Source: Balanoglossus misakiensis
Lineage: Eukaryota > Animalia > Hemichordata
NCBI GenBank assembly: GCA_040954595.2
Contig: CM082576.2
Coordinates: 9,303,129 to 9,367,128 of the forward strand
Length of the DNA stretch: 64,000 nt
Reading direction: 5' to 3'
Every line of letters begins with the position of its first letter. Position 1 is the first letter of the stretch. Positions 24,626 to 38,900 of this stretch are shown here, one piece after another. The notes below the pieces were generated by a model, which did not search any database, was not told the origin of the DNA, and saw nothing but the letters and a program-made list of their open reading frames with translations. Both the position numbers and the translations under genes were made by a program.

Positions 24626-26009
24626 TCAGTCATGCCAATTCCATTCAAACTTGTTTTTAGGGCAATGCACTATGGCACACACATATGCACATCAATTTAT
24701 GCCATGATATGATTCAATACACACTTGGTATAAGGACAGTGAACTGTGCTGAACATATGCACATTTGTGTCATGGTATGTCCAGTACAGCTGCCAGATGG
24801 TCAGATTGTACGATTTATTACTATATGTCCTACAGGTTACAGCCGGTTTCTAGATCCCTTGACCAGCGGAGACTATGTCATTGACAGTGACTTATTTTTT
24901 CCTGTGACGTATTTGCCCAAACTTGTTACAACAAACACTATGGAGGCTTGGTAGATCGGTATTCTGTAGCAACATAAAAGTTTTAGGGCAACATTCACGA
25001 ACTCAATAACAAATGAATATTTTGCACTCCACTCAAGTTTCTGTTTGAGAACTATTTAATTAATCTTTGATCAGATCAACTTCCTGACTCAGGCTGTCAT
25101 TTTAAGTACCATCCATCCATTCACACTCAGCTGAATTGCACATTTCATTTACTGTACCATGCTTTTTGGGTATTTGACACAGTTTAGGACGAAGATACTC
25201 TGGGTTTTCTTGGAGATAGCTCACCTTGCTTCTGTTCTAGTAAAATTCACGAAAATTTTGCAAACCTGAAATTTAGTTCCAAATTCACACATTTCCAAGG
25301 AGTAGCTGCAGAAATACACAGATGGAAACTAGAGTACAGTGCTTAGATCTTATGGCGACTAATATAATCTATCCATGCGCAATGCAAATGTGGGCTTAGA
25401 ACATCGCTGAGATCAATAAACTGTGTGTTATATGACTAGCATTTTGATGCATTTGTGCTTTGGTATATTTCGTTTGGCTTTTCTGATACATTGTGTAAAG
25501 CTACCAAAGATATTTGTCTCAACCATATTGCAGATGTGTTTGTGGCAAATGACTATTTGATTGCCTTTTTTGTTCGGTGAATTTGATGAAAGTCGTCCTT
25601 TTCACAGCGAGGGAAAGCAAGAAATCGGGGAGGACAAAAGAAGCGCATCTCCGCGACCTGGTTAAAGAAACGCTGGCGCTGTGACATTTTTAGTTGCTAG
25701 TGACAGAATCACATGTACACACGCAACTACTGATAGTGGGATTTACACAGGTCTGTTTGCCAAGCTGACAAACACAATCAGACGGGAGGGACCTCAAGTA
25801 AACAGTTTTCGATGTAATGTGTAATGTTTCGAAAAGGTACAGGGGGAAACGCGAACTTGTTTGGCCTCCATCACGCACTTTTTTTTATTATAAAAGCGGC
25901 TGCTTGTCGCGGAAATCAAAGGAAAGCTCTTGCTTAGGACCGCTTGGTAATATCTTTACCCACCCAGTCCTGAGGGACTAGGGGTACTGGACAAAGGACG
26001 GAAGGACGG

Positions 26010-26047
26010 AAGTTACCACAAATGTTGTAAGTTACCACAAATGTTGT
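26010..26047 (+). repeat. Perfect 19-bp tandem duplication (AAGTTACCACAAATGTTGT x2)
   Basis: Direct reading. Confidence 0.9.
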
Positions 26048-26314
26048 AACTGAACTCTCTATAGCGAAGCACGTCCACTCCTGGTCCACTGACTGGACTA
26101 ACCGTATTCTCTGGTGGTAACTGCAATACATGAAGTTGTAGACCCAAAACGCGTTCGGATTACAATCCTTGCAGCCACCACTTGGGGTTTTCTTTCGCCT
26201 TTCCACACATACCAGGCATGACATACGAATAAACACAGCTTTGAGCTCGCACAAATCACGGTAAGATGCAAGAAAAAAATTAAATAAATACCGCCAGAGT
26301 ATGAATAAACTAAC

Positions 26315-26698
26315 CTTGTTTGACGAAAGAGTTCCGTTCAATATGTTCGGCAACATCAGTCGCAGGGCCTGTCTTTTGAGTTTCACCAGCCTCGTGTTGC
26401 AGTTCTCGCACCATATCCCCACCCCGTTATTGGCCGTCGGCATCGCGTACTGTCCCTGCGAGGAGGAGGATGCGGCGGTGCTGGGCGACGACGACGCGGT
26501 CGAGGATCCCGCGGCGGTATTGCTTTCCTGAAACGGCACGCGCGATCCCCGAAGTCTCTCTCTTTCTCGATCCGATATAATATTTCCAACGGGTGCGGAG
26601 TTAGCACCGAGGGCCGCGGACTGCAACTGTGCCTTGCGAAAAGCTGCTTCGTACAATCTCGGCGGAAGACCAGGAAAACCCTGCGATGGTTCCATCCC
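26315..26698 (-). CDS. KIF26: Kinesin-like protein KIF26, coding exon 2 (128 codons; Ser/Ala-rich linker then the CENC...LKRQA motif)
   Basis: Encodes [24 protein letters not shown], nearly identical to the KIF26B N-terminal motif [24 protein letters not shown] (recalled). It is preceded by a low-complexity Ser-rich tract as in KIF26B. Ends at an AAG|GTTAGT donor in phase 0. Confidence 0.88.
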
Positions 26699-26859
26699 CT
26701 GTGATTAGAGAAAATGTGTTTCTTTTAAAAGTAGCAATTTTTGGCAAATGGCTGTAATCCAAGGTCATTAAGGACGAAGATGTGAATCCGCACATCTATT
26801 GTTACAAAAAGCGAGTTCTCGATTGCAATCTCTTTGGAAAGGACAAAAAGAAAACTTAC
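26699..26859 (-). other. KIF26 intron 1 (161 bp, GT-AG, phase 0)
   Basis: GTAAGT donor at 26859. On the minus strand the acceptor reads ttttctctaatcacAG, containing a CTAAT branch-like motif and ending at 26699. Confidence 0.8.
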
Positions 26860-26913
26860 CGCGTTCCTTCTTTCACCAAGAAAGCCAGGTCTGTCTTTAA
26901 CAACCGAATTCAT
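26860..26913 (-). CDS. KIF26: Kinesin-like protein KIF26 (kinesin-11 family), coding exon 1 (MNSVVKDRPGFLGERRNA)
   Basis: ATG at 26913, 18 codons, then a GCG|GTAAGT donor (phase 0). It splices in frame to the exon at 26698. The N-terminus MNSV resembles vertebrate KIF26B (MNSVAGNKER..., recalled, not searched). Confidence 0.8.
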
Positions 26914-29900
26914 GTTGACGGACAGGGTACACTCGGCCGACTCCTGCAAGTGAAAAAGAAGCGATACGTTTTTTACCCATTAGCAAAACCCTTAGTAACG
27001 AGTTCACATACTCGAGCGCGCACAAAACGTGTCCCTTTTGTCGAGCGGATAGTCTCGTCATACGGGATTACTTAAAAGGAAAGCTTACTTTTCTTGTAAC
27101 AACTCTTAATACCAGGTATGCAGCTAATCTGTCCTCAGCAGAAGGTTGCCATCCACTAGTAACAACATCGTCTAGGAGGGGAATCTACTCAGACGCGCAC
27201 ATATTGCTGGTGGCATGGTCGAACTTTTTAACCGGGGCTGCAGGCCTTTACAGCTAGCAGACGGCAGCTCGGCTGTTTGGCCCTGGTGGTTGCGGAGACT
27301 TCTTCCTTTCCTTTGAACTTAACATGTGTGCACAGGGAACATTCAAATAATAACCGCAAATATTTAATTGAGCTGTTCCAAATATTTGGCTCCCCCCTGA
27401 TAACAGTCCTGGTTGTGCACTGCATGTATGTCAATCCTTTAACCAAATTACCGACGACGGAATTCTGGGAGGACGCCCAGTGGGGACCCGCGCGTGCTAT
27501 CACACCCCGACATTCATACGGTATTGCTGTTAAAATATGTATGTGGACTCTCAGTGTGCGTCGTTTTATTTATTAATCGACTAGAACCCGATACAACCGA
27601 TAAAATTGCCGGTGCAAGTTTTCAGAGTTTTATGAACGGTGGACTTGCAGACACCACACAGCGTAATCTGTTTTTGTGTGTAGACAAGTTGAAGCCCTAG
27701 AAGATCACACAAGATGCATTTCAGAATGGAAACAGCATCCCAGCTGAGACTGACTACCTCTACAGTGTTAACATGTAGGGTTTCCAAATGAGACTTGACA
27801 GAGTTGAACTTTGCTCAAAAAGTCAGCACAAACGCGCAGATATTGAAAAAGTTGGCTCATCACACGCACAAAACAATGCTACATTTTCTTAGTACGAGTT
27901 TTAAAAAAAAAGAATCCCCGCTTAATGTCGAGACTTATTCAAGGAGAAACCTAAAAACAAAATTCCGCGAATGTGTCACTGGTTTCAACCCACGTGACTG
28001 GAATACGTACGCGTTATGACCCCCCCCCCCCTCCCACCATAGCTAATTAGACGGTCCCGGTGATTTACTTGCAAATTGATGACGGACAACAGACCGCCCA
28101 TAGTCGGGAAGTCTGCTTATTACCCGCCTTTTAGTTGGGCTTTCTGTCGCCACGAACGGGTGGCATCTTCTTCGATAAATAGAATTAATTTAATGAAAAG
28201 ACAGACAACTGATAATGAGTGAACTTTAATTAAGGAGGGGGAGACGGTTCAATTAATCTCCTGGAGGCCAGTCCGGCGATTGCTATCACAACCATTTGCT
28301 TATGTTTCTGGGTTCCTGACGACCAGATTCGGAAGCGGCGTTCACACTGCGTGTGATAAAAAGAGGTCTGGAACGGATTTTGAGAGAAAAATGATTGATG
28401 TGTACAATTAGCCCGACCATAGACTTTCACTGGGAGCGTTCATGCCTATGGAATCTGTCGAGTCGACGGACCTTGGGTCTGAGAACAAATGGCCGACAAA
28501 AATTTGGTTTGTTGAGTTCTGAAGCCCGTCGGATTGACAACCCGGCGTGCTTTCACGGTTTACTCCAGTTTACATGCTGTGTACAATTTTCTCGCCTCCC
28601 TTATTTATCTGACATCCGACCCGGTGATTCACTTCACTATGGACTTCGCATGAATGTATTCATGGGTAAAAAAAGAACCTCCCAAACACCACCTTTGTGT
28701 GTAGAACCCATCCACCAATTCACACACAATATTGCCCGAGAATCGCGTTCTCGTATTCTTAGTTCTCCCGACTGCTTTCGGACCCATGAATGTGTGTTTG
28801 TGTGTTTTAGGAAGGGCCCGGACGTGAGGTGCTGCTCCGGACCACGGTTTATTAGCACAGTCATTGAAGGCTGCGTTTGGAGAGTGACTGGGGTTCTCCA
28901 AACTGGGACAAAAGGGCGTGGAAATTGTGTTCTGTTATTGTGAGAGAGGGAGAAAAACTGTACATGCCAGTGAATTAAAGTTGAACTTTTATGTTATCGA
29001 CAACTTTCAATTGGTCGGTGCGTAACCTCTAGGGTCCATTATTATATGGCCAGGCATCTGAATCACACAGGCCCATTTACGTGCATAGGACTCGATTTAG
29101 CACCAATGATATAGTAATACGCTGGAACTGGGCACATTCAAAGTGACGTAGAAGTCACGTGACGCACTTCTGGACAAATCAAATACTAGTACATATTGGG
29201 GTGTTTCGGATGAATAATTTATCGCCTTTCCGCGACATACCCGCCCCGCTTTTTTAATGTAGTCAATAATAATAACAGAATTTCCAAGGAGAAAAGGGAG
29301 GGACACGGTGATAGCGATTCCAGTCGTGTTTTCAGCCGAGCGCTAATTGACTAAAACCGGCGGCTTTGTATGTCACCAAAGCAACGAAGAATTGAAAAGG
29401 GAAAGGAAATGGTGCTGTAAGGTGACTCAAACGGCTAGACAACATCTAAAACCAATTTTCTTTTCCGCCCTATATCCGTTTCTCCACGCAAGGTTTGACA
29501 GTCCCTAAATACGAAACAAGAATCCTCACAACCAGCACTGTTCGATAAAATCGCAGAAAAGCCAGCGCCATTAACTTCAGAGCAGACATGCCTTTGCACA
29601 AAGCAGTGACGGCATTATCTGCGTCGTTTTGAGGCTGGTTGGGCAAAAATGGAAGTTTGTGAAAACAGCACAAACGCTCGTTCTTTTTAGGTAAATATTC
29701 GAGCTGAGACATGCGAAAATCAATTGTACCTGGGCGGAAGAGAATTTTTCCGACCCCGGGGAAACCCGATCGCATTGCCATATCCGCAAAACGCCAATAT
29801 GTATTGACTTTAAACAGTTGCGACCCGTCAAACCTTGCAATGTGACGTGAGAAATCGCACTGAATGGACTTGCCAGCCAAAGCTGTCTGAATGCTGCTGT

Positions 29901-32900
29901 CTGCTGCTGCTGTGACGCGGGGTTTTAATTTCTTTGATCAAATGCAACCAAACATCTGATACCAGCGGATCATCCAGCAGGCTTTTATTTCTCTGCCCCA
30001 CTGCTTCGTATAGAACGTTTTTTGGGCGCGGCGTGGTTTGAAAGGCTTTCAATTCGATCGCGATGGCATCAAGACTCGATTTCCAAAGGAATGACACTCA
30101 ACACGTTTCATTACACCAGTCTGTCGGTATCACGGATTCTAGCTGCTGGTAAATTGAAAAACGCGGATATAATAAAGGCATCAATTCTTCTATGGCGTCT
30201 TCACAGTTATCTCCCATGATCAAATCGACGTGGTCGATGTTAATATTTGGATAACTCTGTTCGGGGGACCGCACTGTATAGCTATCTCCCGGGAAGAAGA
30301 TCTTCTGTCGGGGTTTTTCGAGAACACAAATGAACACACAAATTATCGAGTTGGCAGTGCAAAGCGAGAGAATGCGATACCAGAAAATACTGCTGGTAAT
30401 GGGAAATTTGCATTGGGCACAGGGGGATCTGTATATTGGCAATTTCGATATGACAATAGACAGCGGGCACGCATGATAGCAACTTGATATACACGATATA
30501 GGGCACTCCCCTGAATGGTGTGTCGCTTGAATTCGGCAGCAAAGCCACTCTGGCAATAGATATAAACCCACCAGCTGACGTCACCACCGTCTTCCACACA
30601 CACCTTTCACTAATACGAGGTTGGTATGTGATCACACGGCCGCGCTCAATTGTGGTATTTTTTGCTCCCAAAGTGATATCCAGGCACATATATTCATTCA
30701 GTGCTTTCTGCCCAGTCACAAAGGAAAGAGTGGATATCAGCCCCAGCCACAGAAGACTAGTCTAGTCGTCGTTCACTTCATTTGGCCTCGAACGCACAAT
30801 AATTGATAAATTGTATACACAAGACCCCAGTGGGTCGTCTAAATATATGGGTTGCGCTTCCCCTCGACTCTGTAAACAGACACGGCGTGATGAATTGGCA
30901 TAAAAAATCCATAACGCACTTAATTGTTTAGACTGGGCACAGATCGCTCACAACAAGCCACCCTACATCACGCTGTTACAAACATGCGCCAATTAACCGG
31001 GGGTTAGGGGTTAACGAGCAACTATGTCCATTTCGTAGCGGGTCTCAAGTGGCATTGTCGGAGGGACTTACCGGTGCTTCAGTGATGATGTCGGCTTCGG
31101 AAAGGAAAGGGAAAAGGAGCTTGGCAAGAGTTCAGAACGGCAACAACTTGGTCATGCGGGGTTAGAATACTCGTGTATACACACGTACACAGACCTCGCC
31201 GCCGAAGAGACCGCTTTCCAAATATCCCCGCAGATATACACGACTCTTCTCCCTCTCCTGGTTGTCTATCCAACAAACAAACTAGGTGGCAAAATCAACC
31301 CCGTGGCTGCTTGGGATCTGGTCAATTAAAGCGGGACGTTAATCACGCGATTCCGGATGGTTTTCCATGTGGAAAATTAGAGAGACAAGAGAGAAAAGCT
31401 ACCGCGGGGGGAAACAAGTTTAAAACGCACCACTCGACCCGGTCTCATCAAGCGGAGTAGTGTGTGGAGCAGCCTTTGTGAGCAACCGGTGTATTGTGGC
31501 CCCCCTTGAAATGTGATCAAGCGTTGATAATGGAAAAGGACTGCCCAACGGACGCCAGCCGTCGCTGCTGCTAGGCTGGTAGTAAACATTGCCGGCGTAT
31601 CGCGGCAATATACACAGCAGCGTCGGGACGATGCCTCCTATGCATGTACCCGGCACCATGGCAAGGTGTTTTGGCTACCCAGAAGCAACAAGTCAACACT
31701 GAATGAGAAGTCCAATGTGATAAACGCGAAAAAAATAGTTCAAAATCAAATATCATCCGCCTGTTATTACTATTTATCTAAAATTCGACGACCTTTTCGT
31801 ATCTACCAAGGTCAAACTGTCAAATCAACCGAGTTACAAGGGTAACTTTTTAGACAATACACAGAGGGCCATGACGTAGACAGTGACGCGCTATTCAGGT
31901 ACACGTAACTCTGTCGCCATCTCTTAAACAACTTTCCCTCAAATGTAATACATCTGGGAAGAAATGTCGGGCACGACAAACTATACTGTACTATGAAATT
32001 TAACCGGATTATGATTATCAAGAAAGTTTCTCGCAGGTAACTTGGGGCGCCGGCGTGCTCATTGCCCGAGATGGCGACATCGATTTCAGCCTAGTCTGGT
32101 GATGCAGCGATCAAGTGGCCCACTGGAGGTGCTTTTATGGGACTTTGTTGGGGGGGGGGGGGGGTATTAGAAGAAAAGTTTGGATAGCATGGAGTGATTA
32201 GCATAAATATGCGCACAGCTTAATACTGAAAAACGTTCATGTACAGGTATATGGTTCACCTTTTGCCACACATTGCCGGCTATCGCATCACACAGAGGCA
32301 AGTCCATCATTAACCATCAGTTTCCTGGACGTCGTCACTGCGCATGTGTGAAGGGTAAAAAAAGTCACAGACGATCTCTGCCACGGGCCACGTTCTCAAA
32401 CAGTGTCATTTAAATTAATACGGCGCTGTAAACGAAGTATTCTCTCGACAGCGATGTTGCAAACTGGATGTACGACTGTTGTGAAACTGGTGGAGCGAGT
32501 GATGGCGTGCATAGTCAACATTCCTTGAGTTGTTGTGGGCTTGTTATTTTGTATCTGCTAATCATGTCCGTTTTCTTACAAATGACTGCGGGGATGGGAT
32601 TACGCACACACAACTGCCCGCCAATGACAACTTTAAACAAGTTATACGACGCTCACAAGAGCCGCCGTAACACATTGGCGACTTTTTTACTACAGCGAAA
32701 CAATACGGACCAGCAACAGCTTTCTCTACTGTAAACAACGTTTAACAGTTTCCATATTTATGCAGAAGACACCTGTAAGTGAGTCGAATAAACAGGCAGC
32801 GGAAGTGTCAAAGGTTTTGGCACCCTTTTCAAAAAAAGAAAGCTTGCCAATACTAGGAGAAAGAAAGTGTTGATCAACATGCGATTCACGACTTCTATTA

Positions 32901-35900
32901 CCTTGAACGCTTTGCACCTGTATGACGATAGCAACTAATCGTAACCGAGGGGTAGGCGAACCGAAATCTCTAACTACCTTGCCTTCGGGTGCCCTTTTCA
33001 ACTCCCGGCCGTCGTGAACCACTTCACGGACAAGTAAAAAATAAAGGAGTTTAAGAAGCATTTCTCAGTCGGAACGCACCATACACTAATCCCCATTCTT
33101 TGGTTTGTAGTAAAAGTTTAAGTGGCTTTTTACCTGTGTATCTGCCGTGGAGTCAATCCATTGAGAAACGGATAGGAACAGAAAGCGGTATACCCGTAAA
33201 CAATGCGCCTTATGCTGAGGTAAAAAAAAATGCTCGGCCAACTCATAAACTCAATGAAATGCCAGGAATTTTAAACGGGCTCGGTCACATTGATACCCCC
33301 GCTTCCCTTTTGAAGGACATCTTCACTATGGCGCAAATGAGATCGTAAATCAGTTTTTCTTTCTTTCCGTCAGCATTACCCCCTTTCACTGTTTTTTCCC
33401 TGATTGGAATAGATGAGTCAGTCCAGCCAGTAGTGTCCCCTCCTTTCATCCCCTCCCATTAAAGACCCCCCCCCTTTCATTCTCGTTCAGTCTTCAGTGT
33501 ACATGTATAACATTGGCTGTAGAGGTGATTAGATCATAAAGATTCAAAGGCATTTAAAGGAGGGGGGGCATTCAACGTAGGGGTCGTGAAAGTTTACAGA
33601 CCTTAGTCCGTGACGTGACCAGTGTAATCCCCCTTTGCAAACGCAACACCGAGCGCTGATTTCCTTGGACTTTCAAGCACAGGCGTCACGGTGAATTTAC
33701 CGCGGTACCAACTTTCCCGCGACTGCCACGACCGGATAAATGGTAGCTTTTGACATTTTCCAACGTGTTTCAGATACCACAGTGACATACAAGACTCATT
33801 TTAGACGAAATATCGCCTGGCCTACAGGTAGCTGTGCGTCCCGTGAATAAAATATTACATGCCCCTCAGCAGAACTAATGATCGGTTTGTTTCTTGAGGA
33901 TGCACAAACTCGACCGCCATTGTTCGTCCGAAAAAAGCGGCGCATCGCTGCCAAGGATATTGGATTCGGAGAAACATCGGCCTATGCAATGACTTTTTAT
34001 ACCTTTATCCCAGCTCTAGGCGGTCTATTCCCCGATCTGTGTTACTTACATCGGATTACTAGATCTGTTTTCTCGCCGATGACAACTTTTTATGGGTGTC
34101 TGGTGGTTGTATTTTCACTACTCCAATGCGCGCGCACACACACCACATTCGGCAATAAATGGACCGTGGTTGCTTTTTTTCTCGAAAGATTTTTTTGGAA
34201 ATTGGGGCCAAACGTAATGACTATTTACAATCCCTGTCATGGTGTCGGCGTTATCTTTGAGACTATAAATAATCTCCGATGCACAAAAAGGGGGAGGCCA
34301 CGGAACGCCGGATTCCAATAACCACCCCACAACAACCCGGTGCAATTGAGAAAACACATCTTCCCCCTAAATGATTACGATAGAGTTGTAGCAAGGACAC
34401 GGTTAATGATGCAAAGAGAAAAACGCATCACAGGGCATTTCGCTGTCACCGAGCTGATCAGCATAACAAACAAAACTTCCCCAGTCCTTTAGAAAGTCAC
34501 ATCACTTTTCCCACACGTGTTGTGTGTGAAACCTTGTGGTATACAGATAAAGGAAAAGTCACAACAAGGGGGTTTATCAGTCCGTGGGTCGAGAAACCCA
34601 CTATATCACGGGCAACCTTCATGCGATACAGTCTTTATCAAAGTCGAAGTACACCACTTAATCCGCCAGACCTCTACTGTCTCTATGGCCAGACGAGAAG
34701 AGTCACGTTCAACTGTAAGAGCCTTTTAAGCGTGACCTTAGACAGATCTCGGTAAAATGAGCACATTTAAAGTGCTAATTTTCCGGTCACTGCCCCCTAA
34801 CGATTAACTGTTCTTCTAAATTTCGCAATCTTTAAAATAGTGACAGCACCCTACAACCGAGGAATGTGTGTTTCGCTGTCGACTCCTTCCGTGCCACGGA
34901 GGCATTTCATTTCCCGTGACGTCACAAGGTGAAGCACTCTTCGCTGACGTAAAGCGGAATATCGGACGAATGCGACCAGCAGCAAGAGACGTGCACAACA
35001 ATGCGCGTAAACAAAAACTATTCTGTCGAACGCCGTCGTTGCTCACCTGGTGAGATTGACAGCTTCTGCAACAATAATTTTTTGATCGGGTGGTTTTTCA
35101 TCTTTCGGTTTTCAGAATTTGCTACGAATTTGTTTCCCGGTAGAAATTACTGAGACCTTGCGACACGCGCGAGAATGACGACCCTGACTTGAGAGCAAAC
35201 TTCCGTGAAAGGAAACAACAAACCCCTTTTTAAAAAGTCAGGTAGGAATCCCCATTAAACTTGTTGATCACAACACTCATTACCAATCATGCATAAACGA
35301 ATCCACCCGAAGTAAACATGTATCGACTTTCAAAAACAACACGGAGAATAAAACGCCACCACATGCCCAGGGGTGTCAGAAGATAACTGATCTGGCCTTC
35401 AAAACATAATGATGTGCTATTTCCCCGCATGTCGCCAAGAACATATGGGGTATGACAGAAGAAATTTTATTTTGGTATCAATACAAGGTCTTTACGTATC
35501 AAAAGTGTCTTTTCGCGTGATTTTCTACATTCCTGTATACGTTCAGCATCATCATCTTCCTCAAATGTTTACAAGCCTTGGACGGACACAGGTCTACCTG
35601 TCAGAGACGAATCGAGACAAGAGTTGCTGAACTTGGGCTTTGAAGGTACCGACTAATTTCGCCGCACTGTTTGCTGGCGTTTGGTCAAAGCAAACACTCA
35701 GGGTCTCGCACCCGATCTGAAAAATGCTTCATTTTCCGCGGGAGTCGCCGAAAGTGCATGCACGTGTTTGTTGCAGCAACAAGAAGCACTCCAAGTGCCT
35801 TTCTGCTTTGATAGACGCCGCACCCGTGATCTTGAAGACCGAAACGCTGAACAGATTTGGTCGACTGTAATAATGAAGGAGACTGTGTCGACCCATCCTG

Positions 35901-38900
35901 TTCCTATTAAAGGGCGGTAAGAAAATCTATCTCTACCAAACAGCATCTGTTCGTGACACTCTTGTGATTTTAGGCTCCCAAGCAGCCACAAAAGCCAAAA
36001 ATATTGGATAGATGTCGTGCATGTTTTTTTAGCCTTTACCGATGCTAAAATTTCCATTGCATTGGGGGGTGACCAGTGGAGGAATGCATCTAGTTCCCAT
36101 TTCATTTGGAGTGTGTGCCCAGAAGCGACCGACCAGAAGCTATCCGAGCCGACATTCCTTCCCGACAAAAAGGTTGGACAGCCGATTGTCCGGACTCACA
36201 GATATTTTCGCTAGGTCGCTGCACCGCATGAAAGCAGCGCGTCGATTTTCTTCTCTCTCTCGCTGAAACGAAGTTGATGAGGTGTCGGCACCCAAATAAC
36301 ATAATCAGGTGTAAAATAGGCTACAGCCACTGAAAGCTAGAGAGCTGGGGCCAATCAATGCGCATTGAACACAGCATTCAGGCGAATTGAAAAGCTGTAT
36401 CTGATACCATTGTACAGTGTTTTCCCCGGAGTTGCCAATACAGAAAATAAAACAGTGGAAACACAGTGTCCGGGGCGTCGACAACCAACATATTGACTCA
36501 AAACACAAGTATTTTATTACAAGATGCATGTGTCTTATAAGTGAAGAAAGGGGATTTGAGTGAGAGTCTGTAAAAGGAGGTGGGGGGAAAGCGGGCCTTG
36601 AAATAAGGGACGGGTGGAGAAAAGAACCGCTGGAGCAGAAGGAAAGGCCCTTTTGATATTACAACAGTCCGTAAGGTTACTCTGAAGTGCCTGACTACCT
36701 GTTATGCTGATGTGATCGACGGCGTCCAAACACAAACACTCTGCCGAACGTTGCCGGGCTTTGAGGTTGCTCTGGACGGAAAGTAAATTACAGTCGGGCC
36801 AATTATGGGTTTCCCGCATCATGGCAGTTTCGGCTCGGTTCAGTGATTTTCAGAAATATGACAGGAAGGACGGGGGCTGGGAAAAGTAAACGGTCTCCCT
36901 CAGGGATGACCCCACAATTTTCAGACATACACTATCGAGGGTACTAACACTGTGTCACCAAACCTCGTTTTGGTACGGTATTTAAAAAATAATACAGTAA
37001 AAGTTAACTCAAAAGATCCCCAGAAAAAAGGGTCATGTATTTGTACGATATCACACATGCATTTTCTCGCGCGTCTCCCCTCCCCACGTATAAATATTGA
37101 CAGATCCCTTATACAGATGACCGAAAATAAAACATACTCGCGATTCGTTTCTTCTGAACGCTGCGTCATCTTCCCCCAATTATGAAATTAGCGATCTTAT
37201 TGGGTTGATTAGTTCTGAAGAGAGCGTCCTTCATAATCGCTACAGGCTTTGACAGATGCGTTCGAGTCATACCATGGAGCTACCAAGTCTAGAGGCGGAA
37301 AAGCCTCATATAACGACCTATAAAATCTATTTTGAGCGACTTCATGGTCACATTCTCCTTTTGGGTTGTTCAATATCATTGACGGCCACCGAATTCCTAG
37401 CCTTAAACATGGGTTGACAATACAATTCTTTCGGGCTGTAACTCCCGCAACAACGGTTACCGTGGCGACCGGTCACGGCACTGAAATAACTGCAATAGCA
37501 AATCTGTTGTAAACCAAAAACGCAATGCCTGTAAAAAGTGTGGACCGTTGGCGTTTTCTGCACCGGACCATGGTTGATTTATATTGAAGACCAGACTGAA
37601 GCTGATTTATACGGGAGAAATCCAAGAATAGACTAACTCATGTCATATGAAAGAGCACAGATGACCTGGGCAGTCCAAGGAATCGTAATATCGCCAGCTG
37701 AGTGCATTATGTAAATTGAATCTCCGCAGTGACCATCTCCTCAATGAACAGAAACTCCGCTAAGTGAAATTTCACTATTATGAATCACGTACCGGCTGTT
37801 CTGGAAAGTATGTTAACAAGTCGGTAGACTTACATTCGGCGCAGCCACCTGCAGAAATTCAGGTCCGAGGAGACGGCACCTCTGTCACCCCCGTCTTCCG
37901 TTTCCGCGGTTCTTCAAAGTCCAACTATCTGAAGGTGTTGATTTGGACAGATTTCTGCCGATATTTACGTCCTTGGCGACCGAAGTGCTTCGGCCAATCG
38001 GAGCTGGCCGTGTGCGTAGTACTCGGTTGGAGGACTTCAGGACCTATGTCGGCGCTCTCACGGGTTACAAGGAATACTTGTCTGGCGAATGGGGAGGACG
38101 CTTGGAGGCGAGGCTCCCTTCACAAGCCAGGTCCACTGAGCGGGACACACGCTTGTCGTTTGGTGTACAACTGATGAATGGGAATGACAAATGAATTCGG
38201 TCGCAAGGTCTCACATGCGCGGCTTGTCACAAAAAAACTACAAAAGGCGCCCCGGAGAAGACATCAAAAGGCCACACTCGACAGCGACAATAGCATCGAA
38301 AAAATACAAATTCAAAAAGGCACACGGTTCGCGCATTCAACTCTCATTACATATCCATTCAGCGGGAACAAAGGGTGTAAATAGCGGCGGCGAAATCATA
38401 AAGGCAGCCGAAGTCTTCATCTTTTTTTTTTCGGGGCGTCGGTTCTACGATAATCAGGTTGAGTGCCTACAAGCCTACCATCCATCATGACGAGAAGAGA
38501 TTTTCAAACTCGTCGACTTGATTGTAGCTTTTTTTGTAGATATAAACGCATTTACCCATGCACGATAAAAGTACACATAAACAAATGGACAAATAAATTG
38601 GTGAAATTTATTAAAGCGCGTTTGTTTGCTGTCGCTCACGTAAAAAAAATCGAAGTATTGCAACCATTGCCGGTTGAGATAGAAAACGTGTTAAGAATGT
38701 GGCGCGTTACCGAACAGGTATGGCGAAGAAGTACATGTAGTAATTGGTAGAGAAACAAATGACCGTACCAAGGGACACGCAAAACAATAGAATTCTTACT
38801 AACACCATAGGCATGCGGTAGCGTTTACGTCATCATTTTATATTACCACCAAATGCTCGCCGAAACAAAACGCGGGAAATCTCAACACAGACGCAATTCA

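Larger units (their letters stand above)
1..26314 (-). other. KIF26 intron 2 (>26 kb, continues beyond the window)
   Basis: Donor at 26314. I could not find the expected next exon (DKLQVP / CDxCxTHLxQLKQEA-like) or any kinesin motor exon by eye in 1-26314. A missed exon cannot be excluded. Confidence 0.6.

Noticed and set aside
25934-26695. 253-aa ORF treated as a single-exon protein
   Set aside because: Protein-like sequence stops at the AAG|GTTAGT donor (26314); the remainder is intron read-through. The true start is probably the upstream exon at 26913.
28395-28943. 182-aa plus-strand ORF
   Set aside because: Non-ATG start in the track, no recognisable domain, composition typical of random frames, and no clear splice signals.
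37764-38194. Overlapping 136-aa and 83-aa ORFs in a GC-richer patch
   Set aside because: No recognisable motif, and ORF length is explained by local GC content. BLASTx would be needed to dismiss it fully.
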